From Malacoraja senta (Eukaryota), in contig CM075977.1 in NCBI GenBank assembly GCA_038087875.1, positions 97,960,001-98,024,000 on the forward strand: a stretch of DNA of 64,000 nt. The letters are read 5' to 3'. Both the position numbers and the translations under genes were made by a program. A model generated the notes under the pieces. That model had not been told where the DNA came from, did not search any database, and saw nothing but the letters and a program-made list of their open reading frames with translations. Below are positions 1-11,735 of the stretch, piece by piece (position 1 is the first letter of the stretch; every line of letters starts with the position of its first letter).

Positions 1-1380
1 CTGACATCGGTGGTGGGGAAGATGCTGGAGTCAATTATAAAAGATGAAATAGCCGAACATTTGGATAGCAGTAACAGGATAGGTCTGAGTCAGCATGGAT
101 TTACGAAGGGGAAATCATGCTTGACTAATCTTCTGGAATTTTTTGAAGATGTAACTAGGAAAATGGACAAGGGAGAGCCAGTGGATGTAGTGTACCTGGA
201 ATTTCAGAAAGCATTTGATAAGGTCCCACATAGGAGATTAGTGGGCAAAATTAGGGCACATGGTATTGGGGGTAGAGTGCTGACATGGATAGAGAGGTGG
301 TTAGCAGACAGGAAACAAAGAGTAGGGATTAACGGGTACCTTTCAGAATGGCGGGCAGTCACTAGTGGGGTACCGCAAGGCTAGGTGCTGGGACCGGAAC
401 TATTTACAATATACATCAATGATTTGGATGAAGGGATTCAAAGTAACATTAGCAAATTTGCAGATGACACAAAGCTGGGTGGCAGTGTGAACTGTGAGGA
501 GGATGCTATGAGAATGCAGGGTGACTTGGACAGGTTGGGGGAGTGGGCAGATGCATGGCAGATTAAGTTTAATGCGGATAAATGTGAGGTTATCCACTTT
601 GGTAGCAAAAACAGGAAGGCAGATTACTATCTAAATGGCGTCAAGTTGGGAAAAGGGGAAGTACAACGGGATCTGGGGGTCCTTGTTCATCAGTCTAGGA
701 AAGTAAGCATGCAGGTATAGCAGGAAGTGAAGAAAGCAAATGGCATGTTGGCCTTTATAACAAGAGGAATTGAGAATAGGAGCAAAGAGGTCCTTCTGCA
801 ATTGTACAGAGCCCTAGTGAGACCATACCTGGAGTATTGTGTGCAGTTTTGGTCCCCTAATTTGAGGAAGGACATTCTTGCTATTGAGGGAGTGCAGCGT
901 TGGTTTACAAGGTTAATTCCCGGGAAGGCGCGACTGTCATATGCTGAGAGAATGGAGCAGCTGGGCTTGTACACTTTGGAGTTTAGAAGGATGAGAGGGG
1001 TTCTCATTGAAACATATAAGATTGTTATGGGTTTGGACACGCTAGAGGCAGGATACATTTTCCCGATGTTGGGGGAGTCCAGAACCAGGGGCCACAGTTT
1101 AAGAATAAGGAGTAAGGCATTTAGAACGGAGATGAGGAAACACTTTTTCTCACAGAGAGTGGTAAGTCTGTGGAATTCTCTGCCACAGAGGGGAGTGAAG
1201 GCAGGTTCTCTGGATGCTTTCAAGAGAGGGCTAGATAGGGCTCTTAAAAATAGCGGAGTCTGGGGATATGGGGAGAAGACAGGAATGGGGTACTGATTGG
1301 GGATGATCAGCCATGATCACATTGAATGGCGGTGCTGACTCGAAGGGCCGAATGGCCTACTCCTGCACCTATTGTCTATT
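1..1380 (+). mobile_element. CR1-clade LINE (HER1-like), 3' part of ORF2 RT plus 3' UTR; disabled by in-frame stops
   Basis: ORFs 10-384, 385-720 and 727-1296 are consecutive in one frame, split by TAG stops. They carry QHGF..KSC, FQKAFDKV, GVPQG, FADD and YCVQFWSP motifs. The tail ends in CCTATTGTCTATT. Confidence 0.95.
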
Positions 1381-1545
1381 GAAGGTCAGCAACTGCGGCA
1401 CAAAGATTTCAGCTAATTGGAAAAATTCCAAGAAGGGAGATATGGTGAAAAAATGTACACAGTGAATTATAATGATCTGAAATCCACCACCTGAAAGTGC
1501 GTTGGAAGAGATTCAATACCAACTTTCAAAACTGAATTACATATT

Positions 1546-1748
1546 GTGTAGGAAGGAACTGCAGATGCTGGTTTACATTGAAGATAGACACAAGATGCTG
1601 GTGACTCAGCGGGACAGGCAGCTTCTCTGGAGAGAAGGAATGGGTGACCCTTCTTCAATGGGTCTCGACACAAAACATCACCCATTCCTTCAATCCAGGG
1701 ATGGTTGCTGTCCCGCTGAGGTACTCCAGCATTTTGTGTCTATCTTCA
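1546..1748. mobile_element. Penelope-derived palindromic non-autonomous element (centre deleted)
   Basis: The arm GAAGGAACTGCAGATGCTGG...GAAGATAGACAC is followed by an inverted arm ending GTGTCTATCTTC. It matches the Penelope 3' sequence at 61590-61720. Confidence 0.75.
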
Positions 1749-2012
1749 GTATTATATACTTACTTGTTAAGGAAAAATAGCTGCAGATCGCTGAGTACTT
1801 AGCTGGAAAGTGGAACCATTTGGATACTGCTGCCAATGAACCAGCATAGACATGAAGGGCTGAGAGGTCTCCATTATTCGTATGAATCTTTGATTGCAAA
1901 TATCTGCTTTAGCCAGTAAGTAGTATTGTTTGACGGAAATTCAGTAAAAATGTGTCAGGTGTTTGGTAACAATTTATGGTTTTAGAATTCTAGAGTTTAA
2001 AAATGAGTATAA

Positions 2013-2320
2013 TTTTAGTTTAGTTTAGAGATACAGCGTGGAAACAGGCCCTTCGGCCCACCGAGTATGCACCGACCAGCGATCCCCACACATTAACACT
2101 ATCCTACACGAACTAGGGACAATTTACATTTATATCAAGCCAATTAACCTACAAACCTGTACGTCTTTGGAGTGTGTAAGGAAACCGAAGATCTCAGAGA
2201 AAACCCACGCAGGTCACGGGGAGAACGTACAAACTGCGTACAGACAACATCCGTAGTCAGGATGGAACTCGGGTCTCTGGTGCTGTAAGGCAGCAACTCT
2301 ACCACTACCACACCGTGCCA
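2013..2320 (-). mobile_element. tRNA-derived V-SINE (HE1-like)
   Basis: The minus strand reads a tRNA-like head (GGCACGGTG..GGTAGAGTTGCTGCC), a V-domain-like core (..ACTCCAAAGACGTACAGG) and a CR1-like tail ending (CTAAA)n. Confidence 0.85.
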
Positions 2321-2439
2321 GCCAGAGTTTTTTTATTAAATCCTAATTTTTACATTCTATGCCCCAACCTATGAAGGCAAACATGCAATAATTCCCAACA
2401 TTTGGGAATTCTACCGCTACGCCACCCTGGTGATTCTTA

Positions 2440-3016
2440 AGGGCCTGTCCCACCAGCATTCGATTGCATGCGGCGAGCGCGACCAAACGTGGTGGCTTGA
2501 GGCGTACGGCCTCGCGGGGCCGGTCCCACTTCCAACCGCGGAGCCGTATGGAGCTGGTCCCGACATCATACTCACCAATCAGCTGGGCAGGAGGCGGGCC
2601 GACTGAATTTGGATGTCGCACGGCGTCGGGCGGTTACGTCATCACGCAACGGCACGCCGGGCGGTGACGTCATCACGCAACACCACGTGCTACGCGTACG
2701 CCGTCAGGACACTGCGTACGGCGTCAAGGCGCTGTGTTCGGCGTCAAGACGCTGTGCACGGCGTCGAGGTGGTGCGTGCGGCGTTGAGGCGGTGCGTGCG
2801 GCCTCCATGCGGCAGCGGGCCGGCAGGCCGTTGCCGCGCAGAATTTTTGAACAGTGTCAGTTTTTCGGAGCCCCGCGCGATGTCGGGACCAGCTCCGCAC
2901 AACTGCATGCGGCTCCGGCGATCGAAGTGGGATCGGCCCCGCGAGGCCGCACGGCTAGCGCGACCACGTTAGGTCGCGCTAGACGCATGCAGTCGCATGC
3001 TCGTGGGACAGGCCCT
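2440..3016. mobile_element. PIF/Harbinger-type MITE, CpG-rich, long imperfect TIRs
   Basis: Termini AGGGCCTGTCCCAC...GTGGGACAGGCCCT. Flanks are TTA/GTA (3-bp TSD with one mismatch). Inverted similarity extends more than 100 bp inward. Confidence 0.8.
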
Positions 3017-4484
3017 GTAGTATTTCTCATTGACGGCATATTCACTTGAGGAGCAAGATCTCAGGGACTCAATGGAGTGGCACATGGATGTGCAAATTAT
3101 TTTCTCTTGCCAGTTAGTATAAAAATCTAAATCCAATTGAAAGTTCTGACAGTCTTGTGTGAAATATCCCCCTCAGTTTAATGTCCATGGAACTTAAGAA
3201 AATTCCTGCAGAAAATATACAGCTCCAAAATGGAAAGTGGTGTCTTGAGTGTTAATCAATCCAGTTATTTTTAATAGTCATTCCATTCCTCTGAGGGGAT
3301 TTAGCCTAAAAATAACATACACCAGGTTTGGACCATGTTGCACCCCTCATAAAATTACACATAAAATGAGTTCAAAGGCAATATTTAATTAGCTATATTG
3401 CCCTTCACCCTCTCCAAGTAAAAATGATTGCCCTGTGATGTATCAGTAAAGCTAGCTATAAATGTTAACTGTTCCTCTGTAGGTCACGGCATTCAGCTCC
3501 TGGGTATAATATAAAAGGATGAAAAACACTAAGTTTAATTGCCCAAAGCAATAGTTATTGTTTGATGTAGTCATTCTTACAGCCTCAGGGTAATGGCCTC
3601 AGCAATTGTGCCCTCGACACTGTCACTATTTGTGTAACAATATACATGGAAATGTTTTAGCACATTAAAGAATCATTGAATGTATTATTCCCAGTGATAC
3701 ATACCTTAAAATGTATTTTTCATTTACTCTTATTACAAAACCCTTAGAGGATCTGCTTTCAAGAAGATAATGAAAATAAATCTTCCTTGTATGCAATGTC
3801 TTTATTGCTATTACAAGATTTTTTCCATTGCTGCAACTTAGATTGAACTTGTAATAACCAGATCTACTTAATACATTTAAAAAATGCCAGAAATAAATGC
3901 AAAAGTATCAGCTTCAGAACACTCACGATATAGTGTATAAAATTAAAAAATAAAACAAGATACCAAGGGAATTCATACCATTTCATTTTTGTAATCCCAA
4001 ATGCACATTGTTGAACCGCATAATCTATTTATTGATATTAAAATCTTCGGAACCAAATTTCCCTGCAGACCCTTGGAATAATCATCCAGAATAGTTGCAC
4101 AAGGATTGATGCAAGATTTGGACCATCTGCATTTGTTTGTGTGGATTCATTTATTTATCCCTTGAACTTCATATGTTTCAACATTCAGTGTTGAGTCACT
4201 CCCATCACACTATAACATTCACAGGCAAGTACAAACCAGTTATCAAAAATTGTATGAACTAAGTTCACAAATGTAAATAGTTTCACAAAGATATCAATCT
4301 AATCCGTCAAAAACTGGCAATTAGAATTCAATCCGGAGAAGTGTGTTATTGCATTTTGGGTACACGAGCAAGGCAAGGGAAAGCACAATAAATGGAAGCT
4401 TTGTGATGAACGTAAAGGAAAAAAAGATAGACCCAAAAAGCTGGATCGAAACCAGCTGGATCGAGCCAAATCGAACCAGCTTCA

Positions 4485-4826
4485 AAGTCGTCTTGTTGAG
4501 TCTCATTGTCTGTAACTCGATTTCACCTAGCCCACATCTAACAATGGCCTGTATCCTTTATCATTCTTACCTTTTTGCATATCTTTCATTCACGTTCTAT
4601 ATCATGCTACATCACTGTCTATATCTCTCGTTTCTCTCCAAAGCAACAGAGCATGCATAAAGTCTGCATAAGATGGTGCAGCAGAGCATGTCTCCAGTCT
4701 GAAGAAGGGTCTTGACCCTAAACGCCACCCATTACTTTTCTCCAGAGATGCTGCCTGTCCCGCTGAGTTACTCCAGCATTTTGTGTCTATCTTTGGTTTG
4801 AACCAGCATCTGCAGTTCCTTCCTAC
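4485..4826 (+). mobile_element. Penelope-like element 3' fragment with degenerate hammerhead core
   Basis: Similar to 61430-61720. Contains CTGAAGAAGGGTCTTGACCCTAAACGCC at 4699 (GAAA mutated to TAAA) and ends CAGCATCTGCAGTTCCTTCCTAC. Confidence 0.75.
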
Positions 4827-4944
4827 GTGAATCAGTATTACTAATCTGATTGATTGATTGAATGTGTCTGGTTTGAAGGACAAATTTATAATATGATGCT
4901 TTCACGAATCACTCTGGAATTTCCTTATGTATCTTTCCGTTTCA

Positions 4945-5290
4945 GTTTCACTTTAGTTTATTGTCCGGTGTACCAAGGTACAGTGAAAAGCTTTTGCTTT
5001 TTGCTAACCAGCCAGTGGAAAGACAATACATGATGACAATCGAGCCATTCACAGTGTACAGATACATGATAAGGGAATAATGTTTAGTGCAAGGTAAAGC
5101 CAGTAAAGTCCAATCAAGGACACTTCAATAGTAGTTCAGGACTGTTGTCTGGTTGCGTTAGGATGGTTCCATTGCCCGCTAACAGCTGGGACGAAACTGT
5201 CCCTGAATCTGGAGGTGTGCGTTTTCACACTTCTATACCTTTTCTGATGGGAGAGGGGAGAAGAGGGAGTGGCCGGGGTGCGACTGATCT
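4945..5290 (-). mobile_element. Rex1/Babar-type LINE 3' end
   Basis: Nearly colinear with 28245-28610, which continues into Rex1-like coding sequence. Confidence 0.7.
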
Positions 5291-5692
5291 TTGTACCTCA
5301 ATTGTATTTCATCTTCGCACTTCTCTGCTCCATCACCAAAAAACGTGACTTGTTATTCCAACACCAATTTACCTTTAATAAATTCATGCTGCTTTTTAAT
5401 TAGTAACATTGATTTTTTTTCAGCTGCTGATTAATTTTGTTCCAGAACTAAACTTTTCCACCACCAATGCTAGGGTGATTGATCAGCAGCTCCCAAGTTT
5501 TCTTTAACTCACTGTGCTGGAGAGTAACAATGGCAATCTACTTTTTAATGGTTTTATACCAGGATCACTCCAGCTTTTAAAGGACACCATTTGGAAAATG
5601 AGTCTTTCTTCAAGATCATTTATATGCTTACCAGATTTTCGCATACTATATTCATGGTGGAATCCTGAACTCGGTGGCATTCACACAGAAAA

Positions 5693-6045
5693 ATGGTAGC
5701 AATTCTGCATCCACGGCGGCCAGAGACCCGGGTTCGATCCTGACTACGGCCGCTGTCTGTCGGGGGTTTGTACGTTCTCCATGTGACCATGTGGGTTTTC
5801 TCCATGATCTTCTGTTTCCTCCCACACTCCAAAGACGTACAGATTTGTAGGTTAATTGGCTTGAGGCGTCTGACGTAATGACGCGCAGGCGCACTGGCGG
5901 GGTTCTTCACGTAGTCACTCACGTGACTCCGAAGTAAAATTGTCCCTCATGTGGGTAGGATAGAGTTAATGTGCAGGGATCGCTGGTCAGTGCAGACTCG
6001 GTGGGCCGAAGGGCCTGTTTTCGGGCTGTATTTCTAAACAAAACT
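5693..6045 (+). mobile_element. V-SINE (HE1-like) interrupted by a DIRS terminal fragment
   Basis: B-box GGTTCGATCC, V-domain and tail GGGCCGAAGGGCCTGTTT are present. A foreign 77 bp sits at 5864-5940. Confidence 0.85.
5864..5940 (-). mobile_element. Solo left terminus of the DIRS element family
   Basis: Reverse complement of 18374-18450 with one mismatch. Confidence 0.92.
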
Positions 6046-6325
6046 TTAAAAAGTCCCAGCTATTTGCTGCAAAATCCAGCCCAAAGTTGTTCATCTTCCC
6101 TGCAAGCCATTGTGCCGCAGTAAGTTCACCAATTTCTCAAAGCCTGCATTCATTCTTCAGCATTGGTGAGATGACTTGTATTGCTGTGGTGATTTCACTG
6201 CCCAGGGTAACTTCTTTTGCACATTCAGAGCTTCAGATTTTACATTCTGCAAGATATATTCCCCTCCATGTCACTCCTCCCTCCTCTGCCCCAATGATGG
6301 CAGCAAATGGCCATTGCATTCATTT

Positions 6326-6505
6326 GTGTAGGAAGGAACTGCAGATGCTGCTTTACACCAAAGATAGACACAAAATGCTGTAGTAACTCAGCGGGACAGG
6401 CAGCATCTCTGGATAGAATGAATGGGTGACATTTCGGGTCGAGACCCTTCTTCAGACTGAGAGTCAGGGGAGAGGGAGGCACAGAGATATGGAAGGGAAA
6501 GGTGA
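6326..6505 (-). mobile_element. Penelope-derived terminal fragment with hammerhead core
   Basis: The minus strand reads CTGAAGAAGGGTCTCGACCCGAAATGTC at 6428-6455. Confidence 0.8.
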
Positions 6506-6899
6506 GAAAACAAGAGATCTGCATTAATTTTATTTACTGGAAAACATCCTACCACCCTTTGTGTAAAAAGGTTGCCCCTTGGGTTCCTATTAAATCTTTG
6601 TACTTATTTCCTCTGATTCTTGATTTCCCGCAGTCGTTTTTCTCAGATCATATGATCATACCAGATTTGTCCATTCTGTCATTTTCTCTGCAGAAATCTG
6701 GGTTTATGCTGTGTTATATACTCCACAGAGCAAACTTGGAAATATGGCTTTCAGTTACTTCAAGTGTAATTTAAAATGGGGCAAGTGAAATTAATAATCT
6801 TAGAGTAAAAGATGCTCAGCAAGAAATGATCATACTATGTTAGAAATCATATTATGTTTAAGAGTGATGTGGTTAAGACCAAAAAGGTCATTGCAGAGG

Positions 6900-7480
6900 T
6901 GCATATGGCTAATTGGCTCAGGTGGATTGGGAAAGCAAATAAAATATAAAAAAACTTGAAAACAGTTATGGGAATATATTATTCTTAACAATTACATATG
7001 CCACTAAGGAATAAAAACTCCACAGGGAAAGTGCTACAACCATATCCAACCTAAGAAGTTAAGGATTGAATTAGATAAAGGAACGAGATTACGACATTGC
7101 CAACAATGAGCAGTAAACATGAGGACATGGAAAGATCAGCAGCGGATAATCAAGAATTGGATTAAAGTGGAGAATATGAGAGTCACATAACTAGAATCAA
7201 AAATAGATTCCAAGTGTTTTTTCAAGTATGGTAAATAAACCTGCGAATCTAAGAGGCAAAGAAAGTGAAATAGTAATGAAGGGTAAGGAAATGGCAGGGT
7301 CATTAATCAAGTACTTTTTGTTTGTGTTCACAGTTAAGGACATAAAGAACATACCAGAAATTGAAGAGAATGAAGGGTCTAATGAGATTATGAAACTTAA
7401 AGTAGTTAATATTATAATAGTAGTAAGGAAAATGCTGTATCTATTATTATTGGTACTGGTAAATATGATACATAAACCTA
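6900..7480 (+). mobile_element. Old, degraded CR1 ORF2 fragment
   Basis: ORF 7228-7617 remnant KEMAGSLIKYFLFVFTVKD resembles the CR1 EMAE.LN.YF.SVFT.ED motif. Confidence 0.6.
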
Positions 7481-7594
7481 TTCGTTTTTTTAGAGTGCAA
7501 GCAATTGGGTTGATAAAAGTGAATGAGTGGAAGGAGGCTCAAGGGAGGCCTACTAAAAGAAGTATAGATAGTGAAAATAGCAAAAGACGTGTGA

Positions 7595-7893
7595 GCGGCA
7601 CGGTGGCGCAGCGGTAGAGTTGCTACCTTACAGCGTCAGAGACCCGGGTTCGATTCTAACTACGGGTGCTGTCTGTACAGAGTTTGTACGTTCTCCCCGT
7701 GATCTGCGTGGGTTTTCTCCAAGATCTTCGGTTTCCCCCCACACTCCAAAGACGTACAGGTTTGTAGGTTAATTGGCTTTGTATTAATCTAAAATTGGCC
7801 CTAGTATGTGTGCAGGGAAGTGTTAATGTGCGGAGTTGGTGGTCGGTGCGGACTTGGTGGGCCTGTTTCTGCGTTGTCTCTCTAAACTAAACT
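7595..7893 (+). mobile_element. V-SINE (HE1-like), full length
   Basis: A-box GGTGGCGCAGCGG, B-box GGTTCGATTC, V-domain and (CTAAA)n tail. Confidence 0.88.
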
Positions 7894-8182
7894 AGACATA
7901 GCTTTATGGTGAATGGGTCAGAGGTTTAGAGGGGACCTAAAGTAAGATTTTATTTCATCCAGAGAGCAGTTGGAATCAGAATGCACTTCCTGTTAGGATG
8001 GTGGAGCCAGTGACTCTCAAAATATTTCAAAAGTATATAGATAATGATTTTAATTATCAGCGTGTCGAAAGCTGTGGACCAAATGATGGAAAATGAGATG
8101 GGCATATAAGGGTTCCTGATGAATGGCATGGATGATGGGAAAGGGGATGCTTCTGTGCTGTGAGACTTTAATACACACCGTC

Positions 8183-8399
8183 TCAAAACTGGCTGTGCTG
8201 AGAGAGGGGAAAATAAAAATTTTGCAGTCAATGCAGTCTTAATTGAACATCTCCATCTCACAAAGAGGGGTGGAAGATTGCAACCTTCACGTGGTCCACC
8301 CAGTTTCGACGAATGCAATCAACCTGGCGTGCACAAACAGAAGATCAAACAGAACAAGTTGTCTTACAACTTTAGGCTGTGCACGCCACACGCAAGAAG
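8183..8399 (+). repeat. Unclassified interspersed repeat, probably a retroposon 3' end
   Basis: The first 91 bp recur at 11507-11597. It ends GCACGCCACACGCAAGAAG, resembling a short GAA tail. Confidence 0.5.
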
Positions 8400-9149
8400 C
8401 TCTCACAAAGATTCATCATCCAGCTCAGAGATAGAATCACCATTTTATTCTCCTCATATAAGTATGTAACAATATCTGCAGGCAATAGGAAGTTTCCAAT
8501 AAAATTATTTGGCATTAATTTTAAGAGGATTGCAATGTGCGAGGAATAGAAGCTATTTTAAATCTGGTGAATGTGAAATAAATAAGGTAGCACTGGTATA
8601 CTATTGTGTTATAAATTATTAAAATCGGCATTCATTTGAATTGTACGTGAATTTTAATGCTTATAAAAACAGAATAGCTGAAATATCATTTCTGGGCTAC
8701 CAGTTCTGATGCTGGACCAACAACTCAGAACTTAAAATGAAAAACTGTATGCAATATATCCAGTAATTTATGTACAAGTCCTAGACAATGTGCATGAACG
8801 CAGTTGAATTATCATTAAAAATTAACTGTTTCACTAACACCCTTCAAAAAAGGGAATGCACTATAACTGATCTGCAAGTTGTTTAACCTAAACAATACTG
8901 TATATTAGCAATACTCTCTGGAAAAAACAATATATGCTAGATAGAATTTGTAATCAGCAGTAGAGCCACAGACCTCACTGCTGCCGTTGAAGATAGGTAC
9001 CAATAATAGGTAGCAAAATAATCTCCCAGTGGATCTGGCTAGACCTAGCCTACAACCAAAAGTTGATTACCATGGTCACAGATAAAGTCAGAAAGAATAG
9101 TCAGATAGAGTCACCCATCATGTCCATTTAGACACTTTTGTCCACCGAA

Positions 9150-9479
9150 ACTAATCCTATTTACCTGCATAGGAGCATATCCTTCGACACCTTGCCTATT
9201 TAAGTGCGCCTAATTGTCTCATCATTGTAGTGAATGTATTTGATTTCACCACCTCCTCTGACAGCGAGTTCCAGATATTAACCACTACGTGTAAAAACTC
9301 TTGTCAAATTCCCTTTCAAAACCATTCTTCTCACCTTAAAACTAAGTCCTCTTATTTGTGATACCCCTACCATGACAAAAAAAAACATTCTGATTATTCT
9401 AGTGAACCTTCTCTGCATTATCTCCAGTGCAACCACATTGCTCCTATTGCAACCAGAACTGCACACAATACCATAGCTA
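9150..9479 (-). mobile_element. Degraded CR1 3' fragment; target of the Tc1 insertion
   Basis: ORF 9278-9502 remnant (ALEIMQRRFTR, RGLSFKVR) and the CR1 motif AACTGCACACAATA abut the Tc1 TA target. Confidence 0.65.
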
Positions 9480-11097
9480 CAGTGGCTTGCAAAAGTATTC
9501 ATACCCCTTGAACTTTTCTACATTTTGTCACGTTACAACCACAAACGTAAATGTATTTTATTGGGATTTTATGTGATAGACCAACACAAAGTGGTGCATA
9601 ATTGTGAAGTGGAAGGAAAATTATACATGGTTTTCAAATTTTTTTACAAATAAAAAACTGAAAAGTGTTGCGTGCAAAAGTATTCAGCCCCCCTGAGTCA
9701 ATACTTTGTAGAACCACCTTTCACTGCAATTACAGCTGCAAGTCTTTTGGCGGTATGTCTCTACCAGCATTGCACATCTAGAGACTGAAATTTTTGCCCA
9801 TTCTTCTTTGCAAAATAGCTCAAGCTCAGTCAGATTGGATGGAGAGCGTCTGTGAACAGCAATTTTCAAGTCTTGCCAGAGATTCTCAATTGGATTTAGG
9901 TCTGGACTTTGCCTGGGCCATTCTAACACATGAATATGCTTTGATCTAAACCATTCCATTGTAGCTCTGGCTGTATGTTTAGGGTCGTTGTCCTGCTGGA
10001 AGGTGAACCTCCGCCCCAGTCTCAAGTCTTTTGCAGACTCTAACAGGTTTTCTTCCAAGATTGCCCTGTATTTGGCTCCATCCATCTTCCCATCAACTCT
10101 GACCAGCTTCCCTGTCCCTGCTGAAGAAAAGCATCCCCACAGCATGATGCTGCCACCACCATGTTTCACAGTGGGGATGGTGTGTTCAGAGTGATGTGCA
10201 GTGTTAGGTTTCCGCCACACATAGCGTTTTGCATTTAGGCCAAAAACTTCAATTTTGGTCTCATCTGACCAGAGCACCTTCCTCCACATGTTTGCTGTGT
10301 CCCCCACATGGCTTGTGGCAAACTGCAAACGGGACTTCTTATGGCTTTTTTTCAACAATGGCTTTCTTCTTGCCACTCTTCCATAAAGGTCCGATTTGTG
10401 GAGTGCACGACTAATAGTTGTCCTGTGGACAGATTCTCCCACCTGAGGTGTGGATCTCTGCAGCTCCTCCAGAGTTACCATGGGCCTCTTGGCTGCTTCT
10501 CTGAACAATGCTCTCCTTGCCTGGCCTGTCTGTTTAGTTGGACGCCCATGTCTTGGTAGGTTTGCAGTTGTGCCATACTCTTTCCATTTTCGGATGATGG
10601 ATTGAACAGTGCTCCGTGAGATGTTCAAAGCTTGGGATATTTGTTTATAACCTAACCCTGCTTTAAACTTCTCCACAACTTTATCCCTGACCTGTCTGGT
10701 GTGTTCCTTGGGCTTCATGATGCTGTTTGTTCACTAATGTTCTCTAACAAACGTCTGAGGCCTTCACAGAACAGCTGTATTTATACTGAGATTAGATTAC
10801 ACACAAGGGGACTTTATTTACTAATTAGGTGACTTCTGAAGACAATTGGTTGCACTGGATTATATTTAGGGGTATCAGAGTAAAGGGGGCTGAATACTTT
10901 TGCACGCGACATTTTTCAGTTTTTTATTTGTAAAAAAATTTGAAAACCATGTATCATTTTCCTTCCACTTCACAATTATGCGCCACTTTGTGTTGGTCTA
11001 TCACATAAAATCCCAATAAAATACATTTACGTTTGTGGTTGTAATGTGACAAAATGTGGAAAAGTTCAAGGGGCATGAATACTTTTGCAAGCCACTG
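9480..11097 (-). mobile_element. Tc1/mariner DNA transposon, Passport-like, full length (1618 bp)
   Basis: TA|CAGTGGCTTGCAAAAGTATTCA...TGAATACTTTTGCAAGCCACTG|TA. TIRs are about 213 bp (9480-9692 and 10885-11097) with outer and inner direct repeats GCAAAAGTATTCA (IR/DR type). Confidence 0.97.
9684..10718 (-). pseudogene. Tc1 DD34E transposase with one C-terminal +1 frameshift
   Basis: Paired HTH, GRP linker, WSDETK, FQQDNDPKH and SPDLNPIENLW motifs, with 34 residues between D and E. Removing one base in TAC-C(G)CC-AAA near 9752 restores the canonical YPKRLAAVIAVKGGSTKY*. Confidence 0.93.
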
Positions 11098-11177
11098 TAT
11101 AGTCTAAACAGTTTAGTTTAGTTTTAGTTTAAAGATACAGTGCAGAAACACATCGACCAGAGATCCCTGCACACTAA

Positions 11178-11415
11178 AGGGCCTGTCCCACTTTCACGAC
11201 CTAATTCACGACCTCTGCCGAGTTTGCCCTTGACTCAAACTCGCAGCATGGTCGTCACGAGGTCGTAGGTAGGTCGCAGGTAGGTCGTGGGTAGGTCGTG
11301 ATGCTAGTCGTAGGCACTCGTGGCATCAAGTAGGTCGGGCGTTTTTTCAACATGATGAAATATGTGCACGAGTAAAAAAGGTCATGAATTTGGTCGTGAA
11401 AGTGGGACAGGGCCT
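11178..11415. mobile_element. PIF/Harbinger-type MITE inside V-SINE
   Basis: TAA|AGGGCCTGTCCCACTTTCACGACC...GGTCGTGAAAGTGGGACAGGGCCT|TAA. Confidence 0.85.
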
Positions 11416-11483
11416 TAACACTAACCTACACACAATAGGGACAATTTACATTTATACCAAGCCAATTAACCTACAAACCTGTC

Positions 11484-11735
11484 GTCAAAGTCAAAGTCAA
11501 ATCTATTCAAAACTGGCTGTGCTGAGATAGGGGAAAATAAACATTTTGCAGTCAATGCAGTCTTAATTGAACATCTCCATCTCACAAAGAGGGGTGGGTG
11601 CAGTGAAATGAATTTGCCAGCAGCGATACACCTAAAAAAAGAACACAATACACAATAGAATTTAACACAAACATCCACCACAGCATTCTTCACTGTGGTG
11701 GAAGGCAACAAGGTTCAGTCAGTCCTCCTCTTTTG
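11484..11735 (-). mobile_element. Probable LINE 3' tail with (TTTGAC)n terminus, carrying a 91-bp foreign segment
   Basis: A GTCAAA x3 terminal repeat starts at 11484. The insertion interrupts the V-SINE V-domain. Confidence 0.5.

Noticed and set aside
690-1223. Long antisense ORFs over CR1 copies (also 37569-38003 and 60022-60435)
   Set aside because: Shadow frames of CR1 ORF2 with no independent evidence.
2343-3049. Overlapping Arg/Ala-rich ORFs (also 44345-44877 and 27498-27930)
   Set aside because: They lie within GC-rich MITEs bounded by TIRs and TSDs, and show no protein motifs.
7595-7670. tRNA-like sequence with A/B boxes (also 42287 and 58837)
   Set aside because: These are SINE heads continuing into SINE bodies and tails, not tRNA genes.
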